Assembly: GCF_044704955.1 (NCBI RefSeq)
Contig: NW_027253292.1
Coordinates: 186,001-250,000, forward strand
Source: Pristiophorus japonicus
Taxonomy: Eukaryota
DNA length: 64,000 nucleotides
Direction of reading: 5' to 3'
Shown one piece after another: positions 25,845-37,749 of the stretch. Positions within the stretch are counted from its first letter, which is position 1, and every line of letters begins with the position of its first letter. Made by a program: the position numbers and the translations under genes. The notes under the pieces are model-generated. The model ran no database searches. It was not told the origin of the DNA and saw nothing but the letters and a program-made list of their open reading frames with translations.

Positions 25845-25941
25845 GTTTTTGAAGGAACACCCTCGGGAAATCTGGTGGCGACCTTACACGCAAAGGACCC
25901 AGATGAAGGGGAGAATGGGACTGTGGTTTACTCTCTCTCAG
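25845..25941 (+). CDS. DCHS1: DCHS1 internal exon (97 nt, missing from the ORF track)
   Basis: Acceptor ccttctgcAG|GTT and donor G|GTAAGG; phase 0-1. Hand translation VFEGTPSGNLVATLHAKDPDEGENGTVVYSLS(G) matches DCHS1 LQAKDPDEGENGTILYTLTG. Confidence 0.95.
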
Positions 25942-26019
25942 GTAAGGTGCGGTGAATGGGAGATTCAGTGAGTGGGCAGAGCTGTGGCAGGTGGAGTTCA
26001 GTGTGAGCTAATCCTCTGT

Positions 26020-26400
26020 GGCCCCAAGACAGGAAACGAGAGTGTATCCTAACTGGTGCCTGTTGGTGAACACCGAGATTCCGAGCTCCCAGTACAGCAA
26101 TCACCAAACGCTAGTTAATTAAAAAGACTACAGGAACGTTGGCCTTTACCTCGAGGGCAACAGCTGTACAGAGCTCTCACTTGGAGCCTCCCTGGGCCCT
26201 GTGTCCAGTCCTGGGCCCTGCTCTTCGGGGAGGGTATATCAGCCGCGGAGTGGGAGCGGCACAGGCTGACCAGAATGATACCGGGGCTGAGAGGGTTCAA
26301 TCCCGAGGTCAGGCTGCACAGACTGGGCCTGTGTTCCCTTGAGTGTAGGAGATTGAGGGGCAATCTGATCAAGGGGTTGAAGGAGTTAATCCAGAAGGAT
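26020..26400 (+). mobile_element. Highly decayed CR1 ORF2 C-terminal fragment
   Basis: Residual similarity to the CVQFW / RLGLFSLE.RRLRGDLI coding region seen intact at 33060-33400 (-). Confidence 0.55.
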
Positions 26401-26539
26401 TCAGAAAAGAGTAAATGTTAAAGCAGTAAAATAAATGTCAATGCCGAGCAGAGTTCTGGGTAAAATAAAGAGAGTGGGTCAGAGATAGAGAGAGTAACAA
26501 AGGTCATAGGTCAGCACTGACTGGGGTGACATCAGGAAA

Positions 26540-27231
26540 ATATCGAAATAAACCAAAGCTAATGGCTTTATTTGAATGTACGAATCATCACTCAAAATCA
26601 ATCAATTAATAGCGCAGATAGAAATGAATTGGTTTGACCGAAGAGCCATTCTGGAGATGTGGTTGCAAAGTGACCAAGGTCGGGAACAAAATATTCCAGG
26701 ATACTCAACTTTTAGAAGAGATCGACAAAATGGTAAAGGGGGAGGGGTAGCCCTGATAATAAAGGATGGGATAACGACAGTAAAGGGAAAAGATCTGAGC
26801 TCGGAAAATCAAGCAGTAGAATCAGTTTGAGTGGAGCTAAGAAACAGCAAGGGGCAGGAAACATTGGTGGGAGTTGTTTATAGGCCCCAAACTGTCGCAG
26901 TACTGTAGGGCACAGTATCATTCAGAGGTACATGTAACAGGGGTAATACAGTAATCGTCAGGGACTTTAATCTACATATAGACTGGGCAAACCAAATTTA
27001 CAGTAATAGTGTGGAGAACAAATTCATGGAATGTATACAAGATCGTTTTCTAGATCAGAATGATTAGGAACCAACTCGGGAACAGGTTATTTTAGATCCA
27101 GTATTGTGCAATGAGAAAGGGTTAGTGAATAACCTTGTAGTAAAGGGGCCTTCAGTGAGAGTGACCATAATATGATAGAATTTTATATTGAGTTTGAAGA
27201 TGATTTCGTTGAATCCGAAATTAGTGTCTTA
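26540..27231 (+). mobile_element. Older CR1 endonuclease fragment, left part (continues at 31476)
   Basis: IPGYSTFRRDRQNGKGGGVALIIK, GVVYRP, DFN...DW and SDHNMIEF-type motifs, with stops. Confidence 0.85.
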
Positions 27232-28109
27232 GAAACATAGAAATTTACAGCACAGAAGGAGGCCATTCCATCCCATTGTGTCCTCACCGGCCGACAAAGA
27301 GCCGCACGGCCCTCGGTCAGCAGCCCTGAAGGTTATATATAAACCTATGAACAATGTCAGAAAGGCAAAGAGCACCCAGCCCAACCAGTCCGCCCCACAC
27401 AACTGTGACACCCCTTATACTGAAACATTCTACACACCACCCCAACCGGAGTCATGTGATCTCCTGGGAGAGGCAAAAACCAGATAAAAACCCAGGCCAA
27501 TTTAGGGAGAAAAAATCTGGGAAAATTCCTCTCCGACCCATCCAGGCGATCGACACTAGTCCAGGAGATCACCCTGGCCGTATTCTATTCCCTGCAGTAC
27601 TTACCATTATATCTGCACCGTCCAACAAAAGGTCATCCAGTCTAATCCCAATTACCAGCTCTAGGTCTGTAACCCTGCAGGTTACTGCACTTTAAGTGAC
27701 CATCCAACCATCTCTTGAAAGTGGTGAGGGTTTCTGCATCCACCACTCTTCCAGGCAGCGAGTTCCAGATCCCCACAACCCTCTGTGTAAAGAACCCCCC
27801 CTCAAATCCCCTCTAAACCTTCCACCAACCACCTTAAAACTATGCCCCCTCGTTATAGACCCCTCCACCAATGGAAATAGACCCTTACTATCCACTATGT
27901 CCAGGCCCCTCAATATTTTGTACACCTCGATGAGGTCTCCCCTTAACCTCCTCTGTTCCAATGAGAACAAACCCAGCCTATCCAATCTGTCCTCATAACT
28001 AAGATTCCTCCATTCCAGGCAGCATCCTAGTAAATCTCCTCTGCACCCTCTCTAGTGCAATCACGTCCTTCCTGTAATACAGCGACCAGAACTGCACGCG
28101 GTACTCCAG

Positions 28110-28346
28110 CTGTGGACCTGTGGAATTCTCTACCACAGAAAGTTGTTGAGGCCAATTCACTAAATATATTCAAAAAGGAGTTAGATGAAGTCCTTACTAC
28201 TCGGGGGATCAAGGGGTATGGTGAGAAAGCAGGAATGGGGTACTGAAGTTGCATGTTCAGCCATGAACTCATTGAATGGCGGTGCAGGCTCGAAGGGCCG
28301 AATGGCCTACTCCTGCACCTATTTTCTATGTTTCTATGTTTCTATT
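28110..28346 (+). mobile_element. CR1 3' end fragment nested in the opposite orientation
   Basis: LWNSLPQKVVEANSLNIFKKELD, then GGGCCGAATGGCCT and a (TTCTATGT)n tail. Confidence 0.85.
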
Positions 28347-28628
28347 ATACAATTTCAGGGATCTGTGGACAAGCACTCCAAGGTCCCTATGTTCATCTAC
28401 ATTATTAAGTGGCCCACCACTTAATGTGTATACCCTTTCCTTATTAGCTCTCCCAAGTGCATAACCTCACATTTATCCAAAGTAAATTCCATTTGCCACT
28501 GCTCTGCCCACCTGACCAGTAGATTGATATCCTCCTGCAGCCCATGACTTTCCTCTTCATTATCAACCACACAGCCAATTTTAGTGTCGTCTGCAAACTT
28601 CTTAATCATACTCCCGATATTCAAATCT

Positions 28629-28932
28629 CATCATCATAGACGCTCTTTGGAACGAGGATGACTTGCTTCCACACCAATAGGGATGAGTTTACAGATGTTT
28701 CGATGAAGGAGCCGATGTTCCAGTCCTGAACTCCAGGGGTGGACGATGCCTGTGGGTGGATTGTTTTAACGTGGGGTGACCGTTGCACACCAGCCACCAC
28801 ACGGGCTTGACAGAGCGAGGTCTTAGTCCAGTGGCAAGGATTTAACCAGGACGACTGGAGACCTGCTCTGCTGCACAGACCCAGAGCGCACACGTATCAC
28901 AGTGTGGGCTGGCCCGTGCTGCCCCTGGGCCC
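28629..28932 (-). mobile_element. SINE-like non-coding element with RTE-type 3' tail
   Basis: Minus-strand 3' end GGAAGCAAGTCATCCTCG...TATGATGATG is shared with the RTE copies at 30242-30288 and 33733-33770; non-coding body; near-perfect TSD TCAAATCT / TCAAATTT. Confidence 0.75.
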
Positions 28933-29701
28933 TCAAATTTAGATCATTGATATATACCACAAAAAGCAAGGGACCCAGGACTGAGCCCTGCGGAACCCCA
29001 CTGGAAACATCCTTCCAGTCACAAAAACATCCATCAACCATTACCCTTTGCTTCCTACCTCAGACAATTTTGGATCCAACTTGCCACTTTGCCCTGGATC
29101 CCATGGGCTTTTACTTTTGTGACCAGTCTGCCCTGTGAGACCTTAACAAAAGCCTTGCTAAAGTCCATATACACTACATCATACACACTACCCTCATCGA
29201 CCCTCCTGGTTACCTCCTCAAAAAATTCAATCAGGTTAGTCAAACACGATCTTCCCTTAACAAATCCCTGCTGATTGTCCCTAATTAATCCTTGACTTTC
29301 TAAATGTAGATTTATCCTGTCATTCAGGATTTTTTCCAATAATTTTCCCACCACTGAGGTTAGGCTGACAGGCCTGTAATTACTCGGCCTATCCCTTTCT
29401 CCCTTCTTAAACAAGGGTCCTACATTAGCAGTCCTCTAGAATTATTTTTCCCAGCCTTTTTCTTTAAGGACACATGTTTGGCCTGAGCCTTCTGGATCTC
29501 CTCCATGAATGCCTCCCACTGTTCCGACACTGATTTACCCACAAGTAGCTGTTTCCAGTCCACTCTGGCCAAATCACTCCTTAACTTAGCAAAATTAGCT
29601 TTTCCCCAATTTGGGACTTTTATTCCTGGTCTATCCTTGTCCTTATCCATAACCTACTTGAATCTGACTGAATTATGGTCACTGGCACCAAGTGCTCTCC
29701 C

Positions 29702-30288
29702 AAGTTGCTGGAGAAATATCACCACCGATGTCTCCGCAAGATCCTACAAATCCCCTGGGAGGACAGACGCACCAACGTTAGCGTCCTCGACCAGGCCAAC
29801 ATCCCCAGCATCGAAGCCCTGACCACACTTGATCAGCTCCGCTGGGCAGGCCACATTGTTCACATGCCAGACACGAGACTCCCAAAGCAAGCGCTCTACT
29901 CGAAATTCCTTCACAGCAAACAAGCCAAAGGTGGGCAGAGGAAACGTTACAGGGACCACCCTCAAAGCCTCCCTGATAAAGTGCAGCATCTCCACTGACA
30001 CCTGGGAGTCCCTGGCCAAAGACCAGTCTGCCCGAAGTGGAGGAAATGCATCCGGGAGGGCGCTGAGCACCTCGAGTCTCGTCGCCGAGAGCGTGCAGAA
30101 ACCAAGCGCAGGCAGCGGAAGGAGCGTGTGGCAAACCAGTCCCACCCACCCCTTCCCTCAACCACTGTCTGTCCCACTTGTGACAGGGACTGTGGCTCTC
30201 GTATTGGACTGTTCAGTCACCTAAGGACTCATTGTTAGAGTGAAAGCAAGTCTTCCTCGATTCCGAGGGGCTGCCTACGATGATGATG
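29702..30288 (+). mobile_element. 5'-truncated RTE-clade LINE
   Basis: LEKYHHRCLRKILQIPWEDR...QLRWAGHIVHMPDTRLPKQ, C-terminal CPTC...HLRTH zinc finger, (GAT)n tail; TSD TCTCCC (29696-29701 and 30289-30294). Confidence 0.92.
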
Positions 30289-31475
30289 TCTCCCGCACTG
30301 ATACCCCTCCAACCTGCCCAACTTCATTCCCCAAAACTAAATCCAAGACTGCCCCCTCTCGTGTTGGGCTTGCTACATACTGACTAAAAAAATTCTCTTG
30401 AATACATTTCAAGAATTCCGCACCCTCTATACCCTTCACACTATATTTTTCCCAATCAATATTTGGATAGTTAAAATCCCGACTATTACTACCCTATGGT
30501 TTTTAGACTTCACAGCAATTTGCCGACATATTTGCTCCTCTATCTCTCTCCCACTGTTTGGGGGTCTATAATACACGGCCAGCAGTGTGATCACCCCTTT
30601 TTTATTTTTCAATTTGACTCTCATGGCCTCAGTTAATGACCCCTCTAACATATCACCCCCTCTCACTGCTGTAATAGTTTCTTTAATCAATACCACGCCC
30701 CCCTGCACCGCCCTTTTTACCCCCCTCTCTATCTTATCTAAAAATCCTGTAGCCAGGAATATTGAACTGCCAAACCTGCCCCTCTTTCAGCCATGTTTCT
30801 GTAATAGCTATAATGTCACACTCCCAAGTGTCTACCTGTTCTCTTAGCTCATCCGCCTTATTCACTATATTCCTTGTATTAAAGTATATACCATTCAGCA
30901 CAGGAAGACCTCCTTGCTTACTACATACTGAACTCTATTTCCTGTGTCTTACAGATTCACTTTCTAGATTCTTGCTATCCAATTCCTGCTTTACTTCCTT
31001 CCCTTTTGAATTTGTTCTCAGGTTCCCATCCCCCTGCCAAGCTAGTTTAAACTCTCCCCAACAGCACGAGCAAAACTCCCCATGAGGATATTGGTCCCGG
31101 CGCTGTTGAGGTACAACCCATCCGGTTTGTACAGGTCCCATCTCCCTCAGAAGCGGTCCCAATGCCTCAAGAATTTAAAGCCTTCCCTCCTACACCAACT
31201 CTCCAGCCACGAGTTCATCCTTTCTATCCTTCTATTCTTGTACTCATTAGCATGTGGCACCGGTAGTAACCCGGAGATTACTATCTTTGAGGTCCAACCC
31301 TTTAATTTTTCTCCTAGCTCTCTAAATTCTGCCTGTAGGACCTCATCCCTCTATCTAACGATGTCATTGGTCCCGATATGGACCACAACCTCTGGCTATT
31401 TACCCTCTTCCCCCAGAATGCCCTGCTTCCACTCTGTGACATCCTTGACCCTGGCACCAGGGAGGCACCATACCG

Positions 31476-32152
31476 GTCTTAAATCTAAACAAAGCAAACT
31501 ACGTAGGTATGAGGGGTGAGTTGGCTAAGGTAGATTGGGTTGATGGTAGACAAGCAATGGCTAGCATTCAAAGAATGAATACATAATTTACAGCAAACAT
31601 ACATTGCTTTAAAGCAGAACAATCCCACAGGAAAAGTGGTCCAACTGTGGCTAACAAGAGAAGTTAAAGATAGTATTGATCAAAGGAAGAGGCTTGGATA
31701 TTAAGGAAATCGAGGGATATAGGGATCGAGCGGGAAAGTGGAGTTGAGGTTGAAGATCAGCTATGATCTTATTGGATGGTGGAGCAGGCTCGAGGGGCCG
31801 AATGGCCGACTCCTGCTCCTATTTATGTTCTTACGTTGTTAACTTGGGTAGATCGAGAGAAATTATTTCCTGTGGTGGGTGAGTCTAGAATATGGGGGCG
31901 TAACCTCAAAATTGGAGCCAGGCTGTTGAGCCAGAAAGGGGAGCGGGAATCTGGAACTCTCTCCCCCAAAAAGCTGTTGGAACTGGGGGTCAGTTGGCAA
32001 TTTCAAAACTTAGATCGATAGAGTTTTGTTGGGTAACGGTATTAAGGGTTAGGGAGCCAAAGCGGGTAAATGGAGTTAAGATACAGATCAGCCATGATCT
32101 CGTTGAATGTCGGAGCAGGCTCGAGGGGCTGAATGACCCCTTCCTGTGTTCC
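31476..32152 (+). mobile_element. Continuation of the older + strand CR1, plus CR1 3' tail fragments
   Basis: Resumes at GTCTTAAATCTAAACAAAG; two GGAGCAGGCTCGAGGGGC(C/T)GAATG tail motifs (about 31780 and 32112). Confidence 0.7.
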
Positions 32153-32277
32153 GAGAGTGGGAATGTGATGTACTCTCTATTTTATGGAGAACAAGCTGCC
32201 AGCTGAAGATCACCCAGTGACCAGTTGTGTTATTCTGTGCCTGACGCAGGTTTCTCTCTCACTCTCTCTCTCTCTAG

Positions 32278-32435
32278 GACCCTGGGCCCAGAAATTCTCT
32301 CTCCACCAGACCTCTGGTGAGCTCCGAGCTGCCAGCCTGCTCCGCCGTGCCGAGAGATCTGAGTACGAGTTGACGGTGCTGGCACATGATCGTGGTCATC
32401 CTCCTCAGACCACATCCCTCGCCATCCGTGTCCAG
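32278..32435 (+). CDS. DCHS1: DCHS1 internal exon
   Basis: Acceptor tctctctAG|GA and donor CAG|GTGCAT; 158 nt, phase 1-0. GPWAQKFSLHQTSGELRAASLLRRAERSEYELTVLAHDRGHPPQTTSLAIRVQ; the RAER (not DRE) motif is DCHS1-like. Confidence 0.93.
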
Positions 32436-32639
32436 GTGCATAAACTCTGACCAAAGCAAGTGAAAGGGGATTGTGAGATGTTTGACCCATCCACAGAGGG
32501 TTGAGTGTGACCAGTACAAGTGTCGAGAACACTGGGACACCAACTTCAAACTGGTACCAACCTGATTCAAGCAAATTAAACGCAGTTACCCAAGGATCCA
32601 TCAGCGACACTGACTTAATTTGGCAAATTCACTCAATGA

Positions 32640-32773
32640 ACCCTCTGGGGGTGTTTGATGGGACAGTGTCGAGGGAGCTTTACTCTGTATCTAACCCCCT
32701 GTACCTGCCCTGGGAGTGTTTGATGGGACAGTGTAGAGGGAGCTTTACTCTGTATCTACCCCCGTGCTGTAGC
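32640..32773. repeat. Two units of the 64-68-bp satellite
   Basis: Same unit as 36562-37617. Confidence 0.9.
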
Positions 32774-32776
32774 TGA

Positions 32777-35700
32777 ATCATAGAATCATTTTACTTTACA
32801 ACACAGAAGGAGGCCATTCGGCCCATCGTGTCCGCGCCGACCGACCAAGAGCTACCCGGCCTAATCCCACTTTCCAGCTCTCGGTCCGTAGCCCTGTAGG
32901 TTACGGCACTTCAGGAGCACATCCAGGTACTGTTTAAATGTGGTGAGGGTTTCTGCCTCTACCACCCTTTCAGGCCGTGAGTTCCAGACCCCCACCACCC
33001 TCTGGGTGAAGACATTTCCCCTCAAATGCCCTTGGAACTTTCTATCAACGACTTTAAATTTATGCCCCCTGGTTGTTGACCCCTCTGCCCAGGGAAAACA
33101 GGTCCTTCCTATCCACTCTATCCAGGCCCCTCATCATTTTATACACCTCAATCAGGTCTCCCCTCAGCCTCCTCTGTTCCAAAGAAAACAGACCCAGCCT
33201 ATCCAATCTTTCCTCATTGCTAAAATTCTCCAGTCCAGGCAACATTCTTGTAAATCTCCTCTGTACCCTCTCCAGTGCAATCACATCCTTCCTGTAATGT
33301 GGTGACCAGAACTGCACGCAGTACTCCAGCTGTGGCCTAACCAGTGTTTTATACAGTTCAAGCATAACCCCCCTGCTCTTGTATTCTATGCCTTGGTTAA
33401 TAAAGGCAAGTATTCCGTATATCTTCTTAACCACCTTATCTACCTGGCCTGCTACCTTCAGGGATCTGTGGACCTGCACTCCAAGGTCTCTTTGTTCCTC
33501 TACACTTCTCAGTGTCCTACCATTTAATGTGTATTCCCTTGCCTTGTTGGCCCTCCCCAGATACATTACCTCACACTTCTCCAGATTGAATTCCATTTGC
33601 CACGGTTCTGTCCACCTGACCAGTTCATTGATATCTTCCTGCAGTCCACAGCTTTCTTCTTCATTATCAACCACACGGCCAATGTTAGTGTCATCTGCAA
33701 ACGTCTTAATCATACCCCCAACATTCAAGTCTCATCGGCAGTTCCTCGGAGTCGAGGAAGACTTGCTTCCACTCTTAGCATGAGTCCTTAGGTGACTGAA
33801 CAGTCCAATACGTGAACCACAGTCCCTGTCACAGGTGGGACAGACAGTGGTTGAGGGAAGGGGAGGGTGGGGAGTCTGGTTTGCCGCACGCTTCTTCCGC
33901 TGCCTGCACTTGGTTTCTGTATGCTCTCGGCGATGAGACTCAAGGTGCTCAGCGCCCTCCCGGATGCACTTCCTCCACTTAGGGCGGTCTTTGGTCAGGG
34001 ACTCCAAGGTGTCAGTGGGGATGTTGCACTTTATCAGAGAGGCTTTGAGGGTGTTCTTGTAACGTTTCCTCTGCCCACCTGGGGCTCGCTTGCCATGAAG
34101 GAGTTCCAAGTAGAGTGCTTACTTTGGGAGTCTCGTGTCTGGGGCATGCGAACAATGTGGTCTGCCCAGCGGAGCTGGTCGAGTGTGGTCAGTGCTTCGA
34201 TGCTGAGGATGTTGGCCTGGTCGAGGACGCTAACGTTGGTGTGTCTGTCCTCCCAGGGGATTTGTAGGATCTTGCGGAGACATCGTTGGTGGTATTTCTC
34301 CAGTCTCTGAGCCATACAGGAGGGCGGGTATTATGCAGCCCTGTAGACCATGAGCTGGGTGACAGTTTGGAGGGCCTGGTCTTCAAACACTCTTTTCCTC
34401 AGGCAGCCGAAGGCTGCACTGGCGCACTGGAGGCGGTGTTGGATCTCATCATCAATGCCTGCTCTTGTTGATAGGAGACTCCCGAGATATGGGAAATGGT
34501 CCACATTGTCCAGGGCCATGCCGTGGATCTTGATGACTGGGGGGCAGTGTTGTGCGGCGAGGACAGACTGATGGAGGACCTTTGTCTTACGGATATTTAG
34601 CGTAAAGCCCAGGCTGTCATATGCCTCAGTGAATACATTGATTATGTCCTGGAGATCAGCCTCTGTATGTGCACAGACGCAGGCATCATCCGCGTACTAT
34701 AGCTCGATGACAGAGATTGGGGTGATCTTGTACCTGGCCTGGAGGCGGTGTAGGTTAAACAGCTTCCCACTGGTTCTGTAGTTTAGTTCCACTCCAGCGG
34801 GGAGCTTGTTGATTGTGAGGTGGAACATGGCAGTGAGGAAGATTGAGAAGAGGGTTGGGGCGATAACACAGCCCTGTTTGACCCCGGTCCGGACGTGGAT
34901 TGGGTCTGTGATGGATCCGTTGGTAAGGATCACGGCCTGCATGTCGTCGTGGAGCAGGCGAAGGATGGTGACAAACTTTTGGGGGCATCCGAAACGGAGG
35001 TGGACACTCCATAGACCCTCACGGTTGACAGTGTCAAAGACCTTTGTAAGATCGAAGGCGGCCATGTATAAGGGCTGGTGCTGCTCCCTGCATTTTTCCT
35101 GCAGCTGTCGCGCTGCAAAGATCATGTCCGTTGTTCCCCGTAGGGGACGAAATCCGTATTGCAACTCCGGGAGGAGCTCCTCGGCCACAGGGAGAAGACG
35201 GTTGAGGAGAACTCTAGCGACAACTTTCCCAGTGGTTGATATTTGACCATTGACATATACCACAAAAAGCAAGGGACCCAGTACTGAGCCCTGCGGAACC
35301 CCACTGGAAACATCCTTCTAGTCACAAAAACACCCATCGACCATTCCCCTTTGCTTCCTGCCTCTGAACCAATTTTGGATCCAACTTGCCACTTTACCCT
35401 GGATCCCATGGGCTTTTACTTTTGTGACCAGACTACCATGTGGGACCTTATCAAAAGCTTTGCAAAAATCCATATACACTACATCGTACACACTGCCCTC
35501 ATCGACCCTCCTGGTTACCTCCTCAAAAAATTCCATCAGGTTAGTCAGACACGACTTTCCCTTAACAAATCCATGCTGACTGTCCTTGATTAATCCGTGT
35601 CTTTCTAAATGAAGATTTATCCTGTCCTTCAGAATTTTTTCCAATAATTTTCCCACCACCGAGGTTAGGCTGACTGGACTGTAATTACTCGGTCTATCCC

Positions 35701-36565
35701 TTTCTCCCTTTTTAAACAAAGGTACAACATTAGCAGTCCTCTGGCACCACACCTGTAGCCAGAGAGGATTGGAAAATGATGGTCAGAGCCTCTGCCATTT
35801 CCTCATTTGCTTCACTTAACAGCCTGGGATGCATTTCATCCGGGCCTGGGGACTTATCTACTTTCAAAGCTGCTAAAGCCCTTAATACCTTCTCTCTCAC
35901 TATGTTTGTTTCATCCAGAATATCATACTCCTCCTCGATAGCAGTATCTGCATTGCCCCTTTCCTTTGTGAAAACACACGCAAAGCATTCATTGAGAACC
36001 CTCCCAACATCTTCCGCCTCCACACACAGATTAACCTGTTGGTCTCTAATAGGCCCCACTCTTTCTTTAGTTATCCTCTTGCTCTTAAAATATTGATGAC
36101 AAATTTTTGGGTTTTCCTTGATTTAACTTGTCAATATGTTTTCATGCTCTCTCTTTGCTTTCCTGATTTCCTGTTTAATTGCACCCCTGCACTTTCTACC
36201 CGAGAGATTCTCCAGTATTGAGCCCTCGGTATCTGTCATAAGCCTCTCTTTATTTCTTTATCCTACCCCGTACGCCCCTTAACATCCAGCGGGCTCGAGA
36301 TTTGTTAGCCCCACCATTTTTCTTTAAGGGCACAAGTTTGGTCTGAACCCTCTGGATCTCCTCCGCGACACTGATTTACCTTCAAGTAGCCGCTTCCAGA
36401 CCACTTTGGCCAAATCACCTCAGCTTAGCAAAGTTGGCTTTTCCCCAATTTGCGACTTTTATTGCTAGTCTATCTTTGTACTTTTCCATAACTACCTTAA
36501 ATCTGACTGAATTATGATCGCACCTAAATGCTCTCCCACTGATACACCTTCCACCTGCCCAGCTT
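32777..36565 (-). mobile_element. 5'-truncated CR1 LINE (ORF2 RT to 3' tail), interrupted by an RTE
   Basis: KSPGPDEMHPR, ANVVPLFKKG, YMDFCKAFDKVPH, TFADDT, RDLGV, LVRPQLEYCVQFWSP; ATCATAGAATCAT tail at 32777. Confidence 0.93.
33733..35241 (-). mobile_element. 5'-truncated RTE-clade LINE
   Basis: STTGKVVARVLLNRL...QYGFRPLRGTTDMIF...AFDLTKVFDTVNR...GVKQGCVIAPTLF, YADD region, FPYLGS, and CPTC...HLRTH; frameshifts and a small internal deletion near 34305. Confidence 0.93.
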
Positions 36566-37617
36566 TACTCTGTATCTAACCCCGTGCTGTACCTGCCCTG
36601 GGAGTGTTTGATGGGACAGTGTAGAGGGAGCTTTACTCTGTATCTAACCCCGTGCTGTACCTGCCCTGGGAGTGTTTGATGGGACAGTGTGGAGGGAGCT
36701 TTACTCTGTATCTAACCCGATGCTGTACCTGCCCTGGGTGTGTTTGATGGGACAGTGTAGAGGGAGCTTTACTCTGTATCTAACCCCCTGTACCTGCCCT
36801 GGGAGTGTTTGATGGGACAGTGTAGAGCGAGCTTTACTCTGTATCTAACTCCGTGCTGTACCTGCCCTGGGAGTGTTTGATGGGACAGTGTAGAGGGAGC
36901 TTTACTCTGTATCTAACGCCCTGTATCTGCCCTGGGAGTGTTTGATGGGACAGTGTAGAGGGAGCTTTACTCTGTATTTAACCCGAGCTGTACCTGCCCT
37001 GGGAGAGTTTGATGGGACAGTGTAGAGGGAGCTTTACTCTGGATCTAACCCCCTGTACCTGCCCTGGGATGTTTGATGGGAAAGTGTAGAGGGAGCTTTG
37101 CTCGGTATCTAACCCGAGCTGTACCTGCCCTGGGAGTGTTTGATGGGACAGTGTAGAGGGAGCTTTACTCTGTATCTAACCACGTGCTGTACCTGCCCTG
37201 GGAGTATTTGATGGGACAGTGTAGAGGGAGCTTTACTCTGTATCTAACCCCGAGCTGTACCTGCCCTGGGAGAGTTTGATGGGACGGTGTAGAGGGAGCT
37301 TTACTCTGTATCTAACCCCCTGTACCTGCCCTGGAAGTGTTTGATGGGACAGTGTAGAGGGAGCTTTACTCTGTATCTAACCCCGTGCATTACCTGCCCT
37401 GGGAGTGTTTGATGGGACAGTGTAGAGGGAGCTTTACTCTGTATCTAACCCCCTGTACCTGCCCTGGGTGTGTTTGATAGGACAGTGTAGAGGGAGCTTT
37501 ACTCTGTATCTAACCCCCTGTACCTGCCCTGGGAGAGTTTGATGGGACAGTGTAGAGGGAGCTTTACTCTGTATCTAACCCCCTGTACCTGCCCTGGGAG
37601 TGTTTGATGGGACAGTG
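36562..37617. repeat. 64-68-bp satellite (CTTTACTCTGTATCTAACCCC[GTG]CTGTACCTGCCCTGGGAGTGTTTGATGGGACAGTGTAGAGGGAG), about 16 units
   Basis: Direct tandem periodicity. Confidence 0.97.
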
Positions 37618-37749
37618 GGGTGAAGAATTGAAGAGTTGAATTTCTAATAAACCTGTCAGAAGTCCCAGCGAGTGAATGTGTAACATTGGAGAGTAATTGA
37701 TGGTGGGACCGAAGCCCCCAGTCTCACCATGCACTTGTCCATCTCCCTG

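Larger units (their letters stand above)
27232..31475 (-). mobile_element. 5'-truncated, internally deleted CR1 LINE carrying three secondary insertions
   Basis: RT motifs NYRPVSLTSVVGK, YMDFSKAF, GVPQGSVLGPLLF, KFADDTK; C-terminal RLGLFSLEQRRLRGDLIEVYK; endonuclease and ORF1 remnants; flanked by direct repeat GTCTTA (27226-27231 and 31476-31481). Confidence 0.9.

Noticed and set aside
32241-32277. Alternative acceptor CGCAG|G at 32249
   Set aside because: It would add 28 nt and shift the frame; it sits directly after a CTGAC branch-like motif and ahead of the real CT tract.
27232-36565. Intact, active reverse transcriptase gene or novel RT system
   Set aside because: All CR1 and RTE copies are truncated, frameshifted or interrupted; the apparent chimeric ORFs (e.g. 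34697-35272, 29675-29998) just cross insertion junctions.
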